64,000 nt of DNA from an uncultured Ignavibacteria bacterium (GCA_963751695.1 CAVVVP010000001.1:58470-122469); one strand, 5' to 3'. Shown: positions 29,079 to 37,952, numbered from the stretch's first letter. The notes: generated from the sequence alone by a model not told the origin. A program made the numbers and translations.

Positions 29079-29642
29079 CTATATGTTTTTTCTTGCAATG
29101 AGATTTAAAAATTCTAACCTTGTTTTCTCAGTTCTAAATCCTCCATGAACAGCACTTGTAGTAGTTATTGAGTTTTGTTTTTCAACCCCTCTCATCATCA
29201 TACACATGTGGTAACCTTCTGCGACAACAGCAACACCCTTTGGTTGCAGTATTTCATCGAGTAAATCAGCTATTTGTTGAGTCATTCTTTCTTGAACTTG
29301 CAGTCTCCTTGCAAACATGTCGACAATCCTGGGAACTTTACTCAAACCAATAATCTTACCGTTAGGAATGTATGCTACATGAACTTTTCCGTAAAATGGA
29401 AGCATGTGATGCTCGCACAAACTATAAAAATCAATATCCTTAACAATTACCATTTCATCATATTTCTCTTCAAAAATAGCATTGTTTATTAATTCATCTA
29501 GATCTTGAGAATAACCTTTTGTCAAATATTTATATGCCTTCGCTACCCTTTTAGGTGTATTCTTTAACCCTTGACGAGATGGATCTTCTCCAATCTCATT
29601 TAGTATAAACTCTACTTTTTCTGAGACTTTTTTTAAATCCAA
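29079..29642 (-). CDS. folE: GTP cyclohydrolase I (FolE type I)
   Basis: 187 aa with [48 protein letters not shown]. Confidence 0.95.
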   Translation of the reverse strand: MDLKKVSEKVEFILNEIGEDPSRQGLKNTPKRVAKAYKYLTKGYSQDLDELINNAIFEEKYDEMVIVKDIDFYSLCEHHMLPFYGKVHVAYIPNGKIIGLSKVPRIVDMFARRLQVQERMTQQIADLLDEILQPKGVAVVAEGYHMCMMMRGVEKQNSITTTSAVHGGFRTEKTRLEFLNLIARKNI

Positions 29643-29643
29643 T

Positions 29644-30063
29644 TTATTCTCCTTTGTATTCTATATAATTATTTTCAGTTTCGAATAATTTTACGGAATA
29701 TAATTTTCCTTCATTAATTTTATTTTCTAATTCTTTCCAAAATGCAACTGCTATGTTTTCAGTCGTTGGGATTATCCCTTTCATAAAATCAACTTCATGA
29801 TTTAAATGCCGGTGGTCAACCTTTGAAATTATATTCTCTTTGATAATCCTTTTCAATTTCTTGAGATCAATAACATACCCTGTTTTTGGATTGACCTCGC
29901 CTGTAACTACTACTTCCAATGTGTAATTATGTCCATGACCATATGGATTATTGCACTTATCGTAGATATCTTGATTTTCTTTAGCGGTTAGAGATTCGTT
30001 CTCTAACTTATGAGATGCACTGAAAACTTCACGTCTAGTAACATAAAGCATGGTTTTTTCCAA
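29644..30063 (-). CDS. 6-pyruvoyl-tetrahydropterin synthase (eukaryote/Chlorobium-type PTPS)
   Basis: FSASHKL...[12 protein letters not shown]...VDHRHLN...[10 protein letters not shown]...[12 protein letters not shown]. The spacing CNNP.GHGHNY matches PTPS rather than the QueD C-x3-HGH form. Confidence 0.85.
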   Translation of the reverse strand: MEKTMLYVTRREVFSASHKLENESLTAKENQDIYDKCNNPYGHGHNYTLEVVVTGEVNPKTGYVIDLKKLKRIIKENIISKVDHRHLNHEVDFMKGIIPTTENIAVAFWKELENKINEGKLYSVKLFETENNYIEYKGE

Positions 30064-30064
30064 T

Positions 30065-30523
30065 CTATTCTTTTAGGTCGCTTAAAATTTGATCAACATG
30101 ACCAGTGACCTTAACTTTCCTATAAATCTTTTCAATTTTACCCTTTTCATCAATAATAAAGGTTGATCTTTCAACACCCATGTATTTTCGTCCATACATA
30201 CTTTTCTCTTTCCATACATCGTACTTTTGGATAACCTTAGTTTCAACATCACTTAGTAAAGGAAAATCTATATCGTACTTATCACGAAACTTTGTATGAG
30301 AATTCTGTGAGTCCTTGCTTATTCCAAGAACTATAGCTTTTAATTTGTTAAAACTTGATATTGAATCCCTAAAGTCACATGACTCTTGAGTGCATCCGGA
30401 AGTATTGTCTTTGGGATAAAAATAGATTACGACCTTTTTACCAAGAAAATCTTTTAGCGAAATTTTATTTCCATCACTATCTGGCAATGTGAATTGTGGT
30501 GCTTTTTTTCGAACTTCAAGCAT
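30065..30523 (-). CDS. bcp: thioredoxin-dependent thiol peroxidase (Bcp/PrxQ peroxiredoxin)
   Basis: KVVIYFYPKDNTSGCTQESCDF, the Bcp active-site motif. Confidence 0.9.
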   Translation of the reverse strand: MLEVRKKAPQFTLPDSDGNKISLKDFLGKKVVIYFYPKDNTSGCTQESCDFRDSISSFNKLKAIVLGISKDSQNSHTKFRDKYDIDFPLLSDVETKVIQKYDVWKEKSMYGRKYMGVERSTFIIDEKGKIEKIYRKVKVTGHVDQILSDLKE

Positions 30524-30570
30524 CTTCTTTCTCCTCTCTTAAGATACTTTTAGATATTTTATCTCTAAAA

Positions 30571-30771
30571 CTAATCTAATTTACGTCCAATTTTTACTGT
30601 AACTTGATATTCAAGTTCACCTTCATTGGTTACTCTTCCTCTTTCCTCTATTACTTCAAACCAACCAACTCTTTTTTCATCGTGTGCTTCTTTTACTGCA
30701 CTTTTTATCGCGTCGCTTGAACTTTTATTTGAAATTCCAACTCTTGTTATTATCTCAAAAGACTTTGACAT
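30571..30771 (-). CDS. dodecin-family flavin-binding protein
   Basis: About 66 aa: SFEIITRVGISNKSSSDAIKSAVKEAHDEKRVGWFEVIEERGRV..GELEYQVTVKIG. The ATG at 30771 is preceded by AAGGAG at 5-nt spacing (the ORF track starts at 30786). Confidence 0.7.
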   Translation of the reverse strand: MSKSFEIITRVGISNKSSSDAIKSAVKEAHDEKRVGWFEVIEERGRVTNEGELEYQVTVKIGRKLD

Positions 30772-30866
30772 TTTAACTCCTTTCAATATGAATATGTTGT
30801 TTAATAATTGTAGGGATATTAAATTAACTCTTTTAAATTTAATATTAAAGAATAATTAGAATAATA

Positions 30867-30887
30867 TATTTATATTAAATATAAATA
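30867..30887. promoter_or_regulatory. perfect 10-1-10 palindrome, candidate Fur/PerR-family operator
   Basis: TATTTATATT-A-AATATAAATA. Its 7-1-7 core TTATATT-A-AATATAA differs at one position per half-site from the B. subtilis PerR box TTATAATnATTATAA. Lies between the divergent dodecin/bcp operon and the Fur-family gene. Confidence 0.35.
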
Positions 30888-30939
30888 CGAATATATTTTA
30901 CTTTAACTATTTTTACAAAAAACTAGAGACATTTTTAAG

Positions 30940-31372
30940 TTGGAACAGGAAAAAGTTCACGAAAATTTTAAAAACTTTAAAATCTGGAAAGCACAGAATA
31001 ACTCCAGAACGTTTTGAAGTTTTAGATTGTGCTTTAGATAGTGGTGGTCATTTTAGTGCAGATGAGCTCTATATTGAAATGAAAGCTGGAAAATCAAATG
31101 TCTCACGGGCTACAGTTTATAATTCGCTAGAATTGTTAGTTAAATGTGAAATATTAGTAAAAAGGAATTTTGGTGATAACAAGACATTTTACGAATCAAG
31201 CTATAATAGACAAAATCATGGGCATGTTATATGTAAGGTGTGCGGGAAAATAGTTGAGTTTAACAATCCGAAAATGATAGAGATTGTTAATGAAATAGTT
31301 GAACAAAGTGACTTCTCTGACGATTCTTTTCAATTCAATATTTTTGGTCAATGTAAAAAGCATAAAGACTAA
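30940..31372 (+). CDS. Fur-family metalloregulator (PerR/Fur-like), with an apparent single-base frameshift near the 5' end
   Basis: ORF 31079..31372 lacks the N-terminal helix-turn-helix. Upstream in frame: KTLKSGKHRITPERFEVLDCALDSGGHFSADELY, with no start codon. A TTG ORF at 30940 (MEQEKVHENFK...) joins it if the A5 run at 30970-30974 is read as A4. HGHVICKVCG metal motif present. Confidence 0.75.
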
Positions 31373-31388
31373 ATAACCAGAATTAATT

Positions 31389-32105
31389 ATGAAAAAAAAG
31401 TTTAATACAAAATATCCAATGGTTTGGCAGAAAGAGGATTTATACTTAGAGATTTTCTGTTCAATCCCGAATGTTGCCACTGGAATCGTACTTTCAACAG
31501 ATCAATCATTATTTGTTATCGATCCTGGGGATGGAATTTTAAGAGATCTAAACAAAAATTTTGAAAAAGAAGAAATTCTGAAAATATCGGATATTTTTAT
31601 TAGCCATGGTCATCATGATCATATAGGCGGTTTGTGGGGTTTATTGACTTATCTTTCTGTCATGAAAAAAAAATCTGCACTAAACATTCATTATCCACTA
31701 GGAAGCATTGAAATAACCACCATCCTCAAAGCTTTTATGGATGTAAATAAATATAGTTTACCTTACTCAATAAATCTCAATATAATTGTTGATGAGTCTT
31801 TTTTCAAAACGAAAAAGTTTAAAATCCAACCATTTGAAGTTGAACATTTTGATGAAATTGATGGAAAGGAACCTTTTAAAGTTCCTGCCCTAGGATATAA
31901 ATTTACTTATGAAAATAAATCAATACTTTATGGTGGAGATACCGCCTATTGTGAGAATATTGTAAAGTACACAAAAGGTTCAGACCTAGCAATCCTTGAA
32001 GCCGGCGCAGAACACGAGGATGATAAAACACATATGACAAGTTCACAAGCGGAAAAAATTGGTGGAACAGCAAAAGAATACTTTCTTGTACATATGCCTC
32101 ATTAA
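31389..32105 (+). CDS. MBL-fold metallo-hydrolase
   Basis: ISHGHHDHIGG (HxHxDH) motif and later GGDTAY and H-containing motifs. 16 nt downstream of the Fur-family gene. Confidence 0.75.
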   Translation: MKKKFNTKYPMVWQKEDLYLEIFCSIPNVATGIVLSTDQSLFVIDPGDGILRDLNKNFEKEEILKISDIFISHGHHDHIGGLWGLLTYLSVMKKKSALNIHYPLGSIEITTILKAFMDVNKYSLPYSINLNIIVDESFFKTKKFKIQPFEVEHFDEIDGKEPFKVPALGYKFTYENKSILYGGDTAYCENIVKYTKGSDLAILEAGAEHEDDKTHMTSSQAEKIGGTAKEYFLVHMPH

Positions 32106-32169
32106 ATAAAATTCATATTTTCCTCGATACTTTTTTCTATAAACATTACATTTACACTCTAAATAAAAT

Positions 32170-32243
32170 TGCCCTGTGGTGTAATGGTAACACAGAGGTC
32201 TCTGGAACCTTAATTCCGGGTTCGAATCCTGGCAGGGCAACCA
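32170..32243 (+). tRNA. tRNA-Gln (anticodon CUG), CCA encoded
   Basis: Hand-folded. U1:A72 acceptor TGCCCTG/CAGGGCA, D arm GTGT-AATGGTA-ACAC, anticodon stem GAGGT/ACCTT with loop CTCTGGA, T arm CCGGG-TTCGAAT-CCTGG, then ACCA. Confidence 0.88.
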
Positions 32244-32291
32244 TTATTTTCAAAGCACTTCTTAAATAGCTCCTAAAGATTAAAAAAGGAA

Positions 32292-32942
32292 ATGAGAGAA
32301 TTGAAAAACTTACTTAATTACAAAGCATTTTTATTCGACATGGATGGAACCCTAGTCTCCTCTGAAAAATTGAAAGGTGAAGCCTTGGTTCAAACATGTA
32401 TTTCATTCGGAGGAAATGCAAATGTAAATGATTATAAAGAAGTGATGGGACAGAGTTATGAAAGTGTAAGAGATTACTTCTATAGGATTTCTGAAATTGA
32501 TGCTCAGTTAGACCAATTTGATGAATCATTTAACCAATTCTTTTATACACTTATATCCTCTAAAGTAGAGCTTACTAATGGAGTACAAGAGTTTATTAAT
32601 TTGCTAAGATCAGAGAAGAAAAAAATTGGTGTTGTTACTTCCGCTAACCACTGGATGGCAGAAGAAATTCTCGTAAATGTGAATATGAAAGACATATTTG
32701 AAACTATTGTAGCAAGAGAAGATGTGCTCAACCACAAACCGGCTCCAGACTCTTATATACAAGCATTAAATCTCTTATCCATCAAACCTGAAGAAGCTCT
32801 TATTTTTGAAGATTCTGAATCCGGTGTTGCGGCAGCAGTTGCAGCTGGGTGCAAAGTGATCGCTATAAATCATGAATTTAATGAAATTCATGATTTTAAA
32901 AATGCAGATTTTATAATTTCAGATTTCTTTGACCTTATCTAA
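32292..32942 (+). CDS. HAD-superfamily hydrolase (beta-phosphoglucomutase-like subfamily IA)
   Basis: FLFDMDGTLVSSE (DxDGT), VVTSANHW, KPAPDSY and FEDSESGVAAAVAAG motifs. Confidence 0.8.
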   Translation: MRELKNLLNYKAFLFDMDGTLVSSEKLKGEALVQTCISFGGNANVNDYKEVMGQSYESVRDYFYRISEIDAQLDQFDESFNQFFYTLISSKVELTNGVQEFINLLRSEKKKIGVVTSANHWMAEEILVNVNMKDIFETIVAREDVLNHKPAPDSYIQALNLLSIKPEEALIFEDSESGVAAAVAAGCKVIAINHEFNEIHDFKNADFIISDFFDLI

Positions 32943-33012
32943 GAATTTATAGTCATACAGTCAAAACAATTTACATCATATCTTTCTTTAGAAATCTATA
33001 TATTTTAGTAAA

Positions 33013-33042
33013 GATAATTTGAAACTTATTCTAAGTTTTATC
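33013..33042. promoter_or_regulatory. inverted repeat upstream of the TonB-dependent receptor locus, candidate metalloregulator site
   Basis: GATAAtttgAAACTTA-ttc-TAAGTTTTATC: a perfect 7-3-7 inverted repeat (33022..33038) flanked by GATAA/TTATC, 15 nt upstream of the ATG at 33057. Confidence 0.3.
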
Positions 33043-33056
33043 ATCCAATAAATAGT

Positions 33057-33419
33057 ATGCATTTATCAAAAAGAAAACATATGAATAAGAGCAAATATAG
33101 TTCGTTTTTATTTGCCATTCTTTATGTAATTGTACTTTCAATTACCTCATTTCATTTTCATCAATCCTTGCTTGGAACTGTACCTTTAGGGTATGAATCT
33201 TCTAAGCAAAATTCAAATTCGCATTTATTCTCACAAGATGATTGTCCAATAATAATATTCGGTAAGTCAGGATTTAATTCTCTTCAAATTTCTCAAGATA
33301 ATTCAGAAAAGGAATTTGATGGAACCTCTGCATACTATGATTTTATACAGACTACTCAAAATCAAAACTTTATTTTTTATTTCACCTCAAGAGGCCCCCC
33401 TTCTTATGAAATTGCTTAA
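33057..33419 (+). CDS. hypothetical small membrane protein
   Basis: One TM helix (SSFLFAILYVIVLSITSF) followed by HFHQ and a single Cys. No family recognised. Confidence 0.35.
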   Translation: MHLSKRKHMNKSKYSSFLFAILYVIVLSITSFHFHQSLLGTVPLGYESSKQNSNSHLFSQDDCPIIIFGKSGFNSLQISQDNSEKEFDGTSAYYDFIQTTQNQNFIFYFTSRGPPSYEIA

Positions 33420-33454
33420 TTGATCTATTAACAATTTTATAAGGAAAATTAGAA

Positions 33455-33922
33455 ATGTATTATCAAAAGTTGAAAAGATTAGTATTAACTTTTCTTTTTA
33501 TTGCATTATCATTAACATTATTTATTGGATGTGAGGATGACCCGGTTACTCCACAAGAAGACCATTTTGAAGCAATTGGTATGGTATTCTATACTTCAGG
33601 AATTGAAGTTGCAAGGATAGTTAGAGGAGAAACTTCTGACACGCTTTTCGCCTTGAAAGATACTCTCTCAGATCATTTCGAAGTGATGTATTTCGACAAG
33701 GAAGAAAATATTGTTGATCCTCCATCCGAAGACTATGCTTCCCTATCATGGCAAATAGATGATCAGACTATCGTTGATGTATGGCAACATGAAGGTGAAG
33801 AAGGAGCATTTGAATTTCACCTAAATGGATTGAATATTGGCGAAACTGAGATCGAATTTTTTATAATGCATAGCGATCATTCAGATTATAGGTCAGGTAA
33901 AATACCCGTAATAGTTAAGTAA
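33455..33922 (+). CDS. hypothetical lipoprotein with His/Glu-rich motifs
   Basis: Lipobox LFIGC. Repeated DHFE motifs and HSDHSDY near the C-terminus. 8 nt upstream of the TonB-dependent receptor. Confidence 0.45.
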   Translation: MYYQKLKRLVLTFLFIALSLTLFIGCEDDPVTPQEDHFEAIGMVFYTSGIEVARIVRGETSDTLFALKDTLSDHFEVMYFDKEENIVDPPSEDYASLSWQIDDQTIVDVWQHEGEEGAFEFHLNGLNIGETEIEFFIMHSDHSDYRSGKIPVIVK

Positions 33923-33930
33923 TTATCTAG

Positions 33931-36159
33931 ATGATCTTCGTATATAAAAAACTGATTGGAAAGATAGGTTTCCTTCTAGTATTGTTGGTACTACAATCAA
34001 ACTCAGGATATTCACAAAGTTTATCAATTTCCGGTCTAATCATTGATTCTGAAAGCAATGAACCTGTTATAAACGCTACTGTCCAGATATTAAATCCAGA
34101 AAAGTATTCTGTTGCAAACATGGATGGTGAATTTGTTTTTAACAATCTAGATCCAGGAAATTACAATATACGTATAACTCGTATTGGGTATCATGAGGGA
34201 CTATTCTCAGTTGAATTAAATACATCATCAACTGTCAATCTATTATTAGAATTAGTTCCTCAAGCAATTAAAATTTCTACAGTAACAGTAACCTCGCATA
34301 CTGCACAATCAAAATTTGATGACTTATACGAACTCTCAAGTGTTTTAAAGGGAAAAGAGTTACAGAAAGATCTTGGTATCACATTGGCATCTACACTAAA
34401 AAACGAGACTGGTTTGGCGATGCGAACTATGGGGCCAGCACCAGCCCGACCAGTAATTCGCGGATTGGGAAGTGACAGAGTTCTATTGAGTGAGGACGGC
34501 AACAAAACAACTGATCTTTCCGCTTCATCCCCAGATCACGCTGTAACAATTGAACCATTTACGGTAGATAGAATTGAAGTAATAAGAGGCCCAAAAGTTC
34601 TTATGCAAACTCCAACTACTATCGGTGGGGTAGTAAATGTTATTAGGCATGAAATTCCAAATGAGTTACATAATTCAATTTCTGGAAACATTGGTGTGTA
34701 TGGAGAGACAGTAAATGATGGGTATCTTGGTTCAGCAATTTTTGATATTCCCTTAGCACCATTTTCTATTAGAGGTGAGATCAGTAAAAGAAATGCTGGT
34801 GATCTTTATACCCCAGAAGGTGTTTTGAAAAATTCATATGCAGAAAATTTTAATTACAGTTTAGGCGCTAGTTACATAGGTGGTTTCGGTTATGGAGGAG
34901 CTTCGTTTAGAGGATTTGAACTTGAGTATGGTGTCCCTGGTGGATTTGTGGGTGCACATCCAGATGGAGTGGATATTCAAATGAAAAGAGAGCAGTTGAA
35001 TTTCAAAACTCAAATAAATTTGCATAAAGAGAAATTGGAGCACCTGAATATAGAATTTAGTCGCGTTTACTACAGACATAAGGAGTTTGAAAAATCTGGA
35101 TTAATTGGTACTGAGTTTGAGATAACAAATTACTTGGGAGATTTATCACTCGATTTCAAAAACATACTTTTCCCATCTATGGGTAATCTGGGAATAACCT
35201 TTGAAGCCCGTGATTTTATAGTTGGAGGTTTTGTGTTTACACCTCCATCAAAATCTCTAAACATTTCCGCATTTCTTTACGAAAATTTTCAAGCAGGAAG
35301 ATTTAACTTCGAAGCAGCTGGCAGATTTAACTATGATAATATTGTCCCAGAAGAAGAAAATCCTGATGCAGAAATTGGATATATAAGAGAGAGAACATTC
35401 TCAACCTATTCTCTCAGTTTTTCTGCACTTTATTCTTTTAGTGACCATGTTCATCTCGGTGCAAATATCAGTAGATCGTCAAGAGTTCCAACAATTGAAG
35501 AACTATATTCAGAAGGACCTCACCTAGCAGCTTATTCATACGAAATCGGAAATCCTGATCTTGAAGATGAACGTGGAATTGGTACTGAATTATTTATATA
35601 CCATAAGTTTAAGGACTTGTTCTTTAACTTCAACCTATTCCGAAATGATTTGAGCTACTACATTCTTCCCAGAAACACTGGAGAAACCGACTGGGCTACT
35701 TTTCTGCCAATCTACGCAACAGCAGGTGAAGCAGTACTTTTCTATGGTGCAGAATTCCAGATTGAATGGGAATTTCTAAAAAATATTTCACTAAATACAT
35801 CTGCAAGTTATACTAATGGGAGTTTTAAAAAAGATGGTTTTCCACTGCCTCAAATTCCTCCACTGAAAGGAATTTTTGGTCTAGGTTATAATAATGATAT
35901 TTTGGCTTTTGGAATAAATGCCGAATGGGCAGCAGCTCAAGAAAGGGTTGATGAATTTGAAGATCCTACAGATGGATATGTTGTTGTTAATTCATTTGCT
36001 CAGTATTCAATTTCTCATTCAGAATTAGTGCACACTTTTTCTTTATCATTTGAAAATATGTTAGATGTTATTTATAGAAATCATTTATCAAGAGTTAAAT
36101 CTATTCTACCGGAAGCTGGTAGAAATCTTCGATTTACATATAAATTATATTTTCACTAA
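33931..36159 (+). CDS. TonB-dependent outer-membrane receptor with N-terminal carboxypeptidase-regulatory-like domain
   Basis: ISGLIIDSESNEPVINATVQIL...GNYNIRITRIGY (CarbopepD_reg-like). Plug domain (VIRGLGSDRVLLSEDG, IEVIRGPK). Long barrel with an aromatic C-terminus. Confidence 0.85.
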   Translation: MIFVYKKLIGKIGFLLVLLVLQSNSGYSQSLSISGLIIDSESNEPVINATVQILNPEKYSVANMDGEFVFNNLDPGNYNIRITRIGYHEGLFSVELNTSSTVNLLLELVPQAIKISTVTVTSHTAQSKFDDLYELSSVLKGKELQKDLGITLASTLKNETGLAMRTMGPAPARPVIRGLGSDRVLLSEDGNKTTDLSASSPDHAVTIEPFTVDRIEVIRGPKVLMQTPTTIGGVVNVIRHEIPNELHNSISGNIGVYGETVNDGYLGSAIFDIPLAPFSIRGEISKRNAGDLYTPEGVLKNSYAENFNYSLGASYIGGFGYGGASFRGFELEYGVPGGFVGAHPDGVDIQMKREQLNFKTQINLHKEKLEHLNIEFSRVYYRHKEFEKSGLIGTEFEITNYLGDLSLDFKNILFPSMGNLGITFEARDFIVGGFVFTPPSKSLNISAFLYENFQAGRFNFEAAGRFNYDNIVPEEENPDAEIGYIRERTFSTYSLSFSALYSFSDHVHLGANISRSSRVPTIEELYSEGPHLAAYSYEIGNPDLEDERGIGTELFIYHKFKDLFFNFNLFRNDLSYYILPRNTGETDWATFLPIYATAGEAVLFYGAEFQIEWEFLKNISLNTSASYTNGSFKKDGFPLPQIPPLKGIFGLGYNNDILAFGINAEWAAAQERVDEFEDPTDGYVVVNSFAQYSISHSELVHTFSLSFENMLDVIYRNHLSRVKSILPEAGRNLRFTYKLYFH

Positions 36160-36235
36160 ACCAATTTCTTAATCACCCAAAATTTCTGTTAATTTGGAGC
36201 TGCTTTTTTTAATTAATTAAAATTAAAGATTTTCA

Positions 36236-37126
36236 ATGCCATATCTAGGTGAAATCGCTGCACTAATAACAGCATTTCTTTGGGGAGTGACATCAATTGC
36301 TTTTACAGAAGCTGCTTTAAGAATAGGTTCCCTTACTGTTAATATATCAAGACTAATATTTGCAGCGATTTTGCTATCAGTAACTATACTCATAATGGGA
36401 TTTGATATTTTTCTCAGCTCCAACCAGATATTTTATTTAGGAATGAGTGGTATTGTCGGATTAGTGTTTGGTGATGGTTTTCTTTTTGCCGGTTTTCAGT
36501 ATGTTGGTGCAAGAATAAGCATGTTAGTGATGTCCTTGGTTCCGCCAATTTCTACAATAGTTGCTTTCATATTCTTAGATGAAATCATTTCATTATGGAG
36601 TATTTTGGGAATAGTTTTAACACTGTTCGGTATAACTATTGTTGTAAAACAAAAACAGATCGATCCAAAGTTCCACCCCAAAAATCGTATTAAAGGAATT
36701 TTATATTGTTTTCTTGGAGCGCTCGGGCAAGCATTCGCATTAATTCTAGCAAAGTATGCATTTAATGAGAGTGAGATCAATGGATTTGTTGCTACTTGGT
36801 ATAGAATCATTCCCTCATTAATATTATTTTATCCATTAGCGCATATTTACGGTAAGATTAAAAATCCAATAAGAGTTTTTAAAAGTGATAAAATTGCATT
36901 AAAGTATGTACTACTCGGTTCTGTCGTGGGACCGTTTTTGGGTATTACATTTAGTCTAATTGCGATTGCAAATACTTATGTTGGAATAGCATCAACAATT
37001 ATTGCAACTACCCCAATAATCATGCTTCCGATGGTTGTTATTTACTATCGTGACAAGCTTACTTTTAATTCAATAATTGGAGCTATTTTAGCTGTTTCGG
37101 GAGTTGCAATTTTATTTTTAGTATAG
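36236..37126 (+). CDS. DMT-superfamily (EamA-like) transporter
   Basis: 296 aa, about 10 TM helices in two similar halves, typical of an EamA duplication. Confidence 0.8.
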   Translation: MPYLGEIAALITAFLWGVTSIAFTEAALRIGSLTVNISRLIFAAILLSVTILIMGFDIFLSSNQIFYLGMSGIVGLVFGDGFLFAGFQYVGARISMLVMSLVPPISTIVAFIFLDEIISLWSILGIVLTLFGITIVVKQKQIDPKFHPKNRIKGILYCFLGALGQAFALILAKYAFNESEINGFVATWYRIIPSLILFYPLAHIYGKIKNPIRVFKSDKIALKYVLLGSVVGPFLGITFSLIAIANTYVGIASTIIATTPIIMLPMVVIYYRDKLTFNSIIGAILAVSGVAILFLV

Positions 37127-37203
37127 TTCTAAAAATTTGCAGTTCGCTAGAAATCATTTTTATTATATTGCTATATATTATTAAACATTACTAAGGAATT
37201 TTT

Positions 37204-37929
37204 ATGAAAAATATATCGATTTTCATTTTGCTATCTTTTTTCATTGTAATTACTGCATGTAGTTCTGATGAAAAAAAGTCTGAAAAGGCAGAATCCTCAA
37301 TGAATTTTACTGGTCATAAAGTCACAGTCGAAGAGGTTATCCATACTAAGACTTACACATACTTGAAAGTTATAGAAGATAATGAAGAAAAATGGCTTGC
37401 AATCTCGCGTCGAGATACAGAAATTGGTGAAACACTCTATTGGACAGAAGCTCTTGAGATGAAAAACTTTGAAAGCAAAGAATTAGAGCGGACTTTTAAA
37501 ACTGTTTATTTTATTCAAAATATTTCTTCTCAACCAACTCCAATGATGCCTGAAGGTCATGCACAAAATTTACAAGGAAGAAAACCTCAAATTGCAAAAG
37601 AATCAGTTTCAATTGAGTCAGTAAAAGGTGGAGTAACCATTGCTGAGCTATTTTCTAATCCAGAAAACTATAGTGAAAAAAGTATAGTCGTAAAGGGGAA
37701 AGTCACAAAATTCAATAAAGAAATTATGAACAAGAATTGGGCTCATATTCAAGATGGTACAAGCCAGGATGAGAATTTTGACCTCACAATAACTACTTCA
37801 GAAACTGTTAGTCCGGGAGATGTTGTTACATTTAAAGGAAAAATAACATTGGATAAGGATTTTGGATATGGATATTCTTACAAGATTCTGATGGAAGATG
37901 CCGAAATTGTTGATAATAAGTCAATTTAG
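37204..37929 (+). CDS. hypothetical lipoprotein
   Basis: Lipobox VITAC. The C-terminal part (VVKGKVTKFNKEIMNKNWAHIQDGTS...GDVVTFKGKITLDKDFGYGYSY) looks like an OB-fold-type barrel, but I cannot name a family. Confidence 0.4.
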   Translation: MKNISIFILLSFFIVITACSSDEKKSEKAESSMNFTGHKVTVEEVIHTKTYTYLKVIEDNEEKWLAISRRDTEIGETLYWTEALEMKNFESKELERTFKTVYFIQNISSQPTPMMPEGHAQNLQGRKPQIAKESVSIESVKGGVTIAELFSNPENYSEKSIVVKGKVTKFNKEIMNKNWAHIQDGTSQDENFDLTITTSETVSPGDVVTFKGKITLDKDFGYGYSYKILMEDAEIVDNKSI

Positions 37930-37952
37930 TTAGAACTATTCAAGAAGTTATA

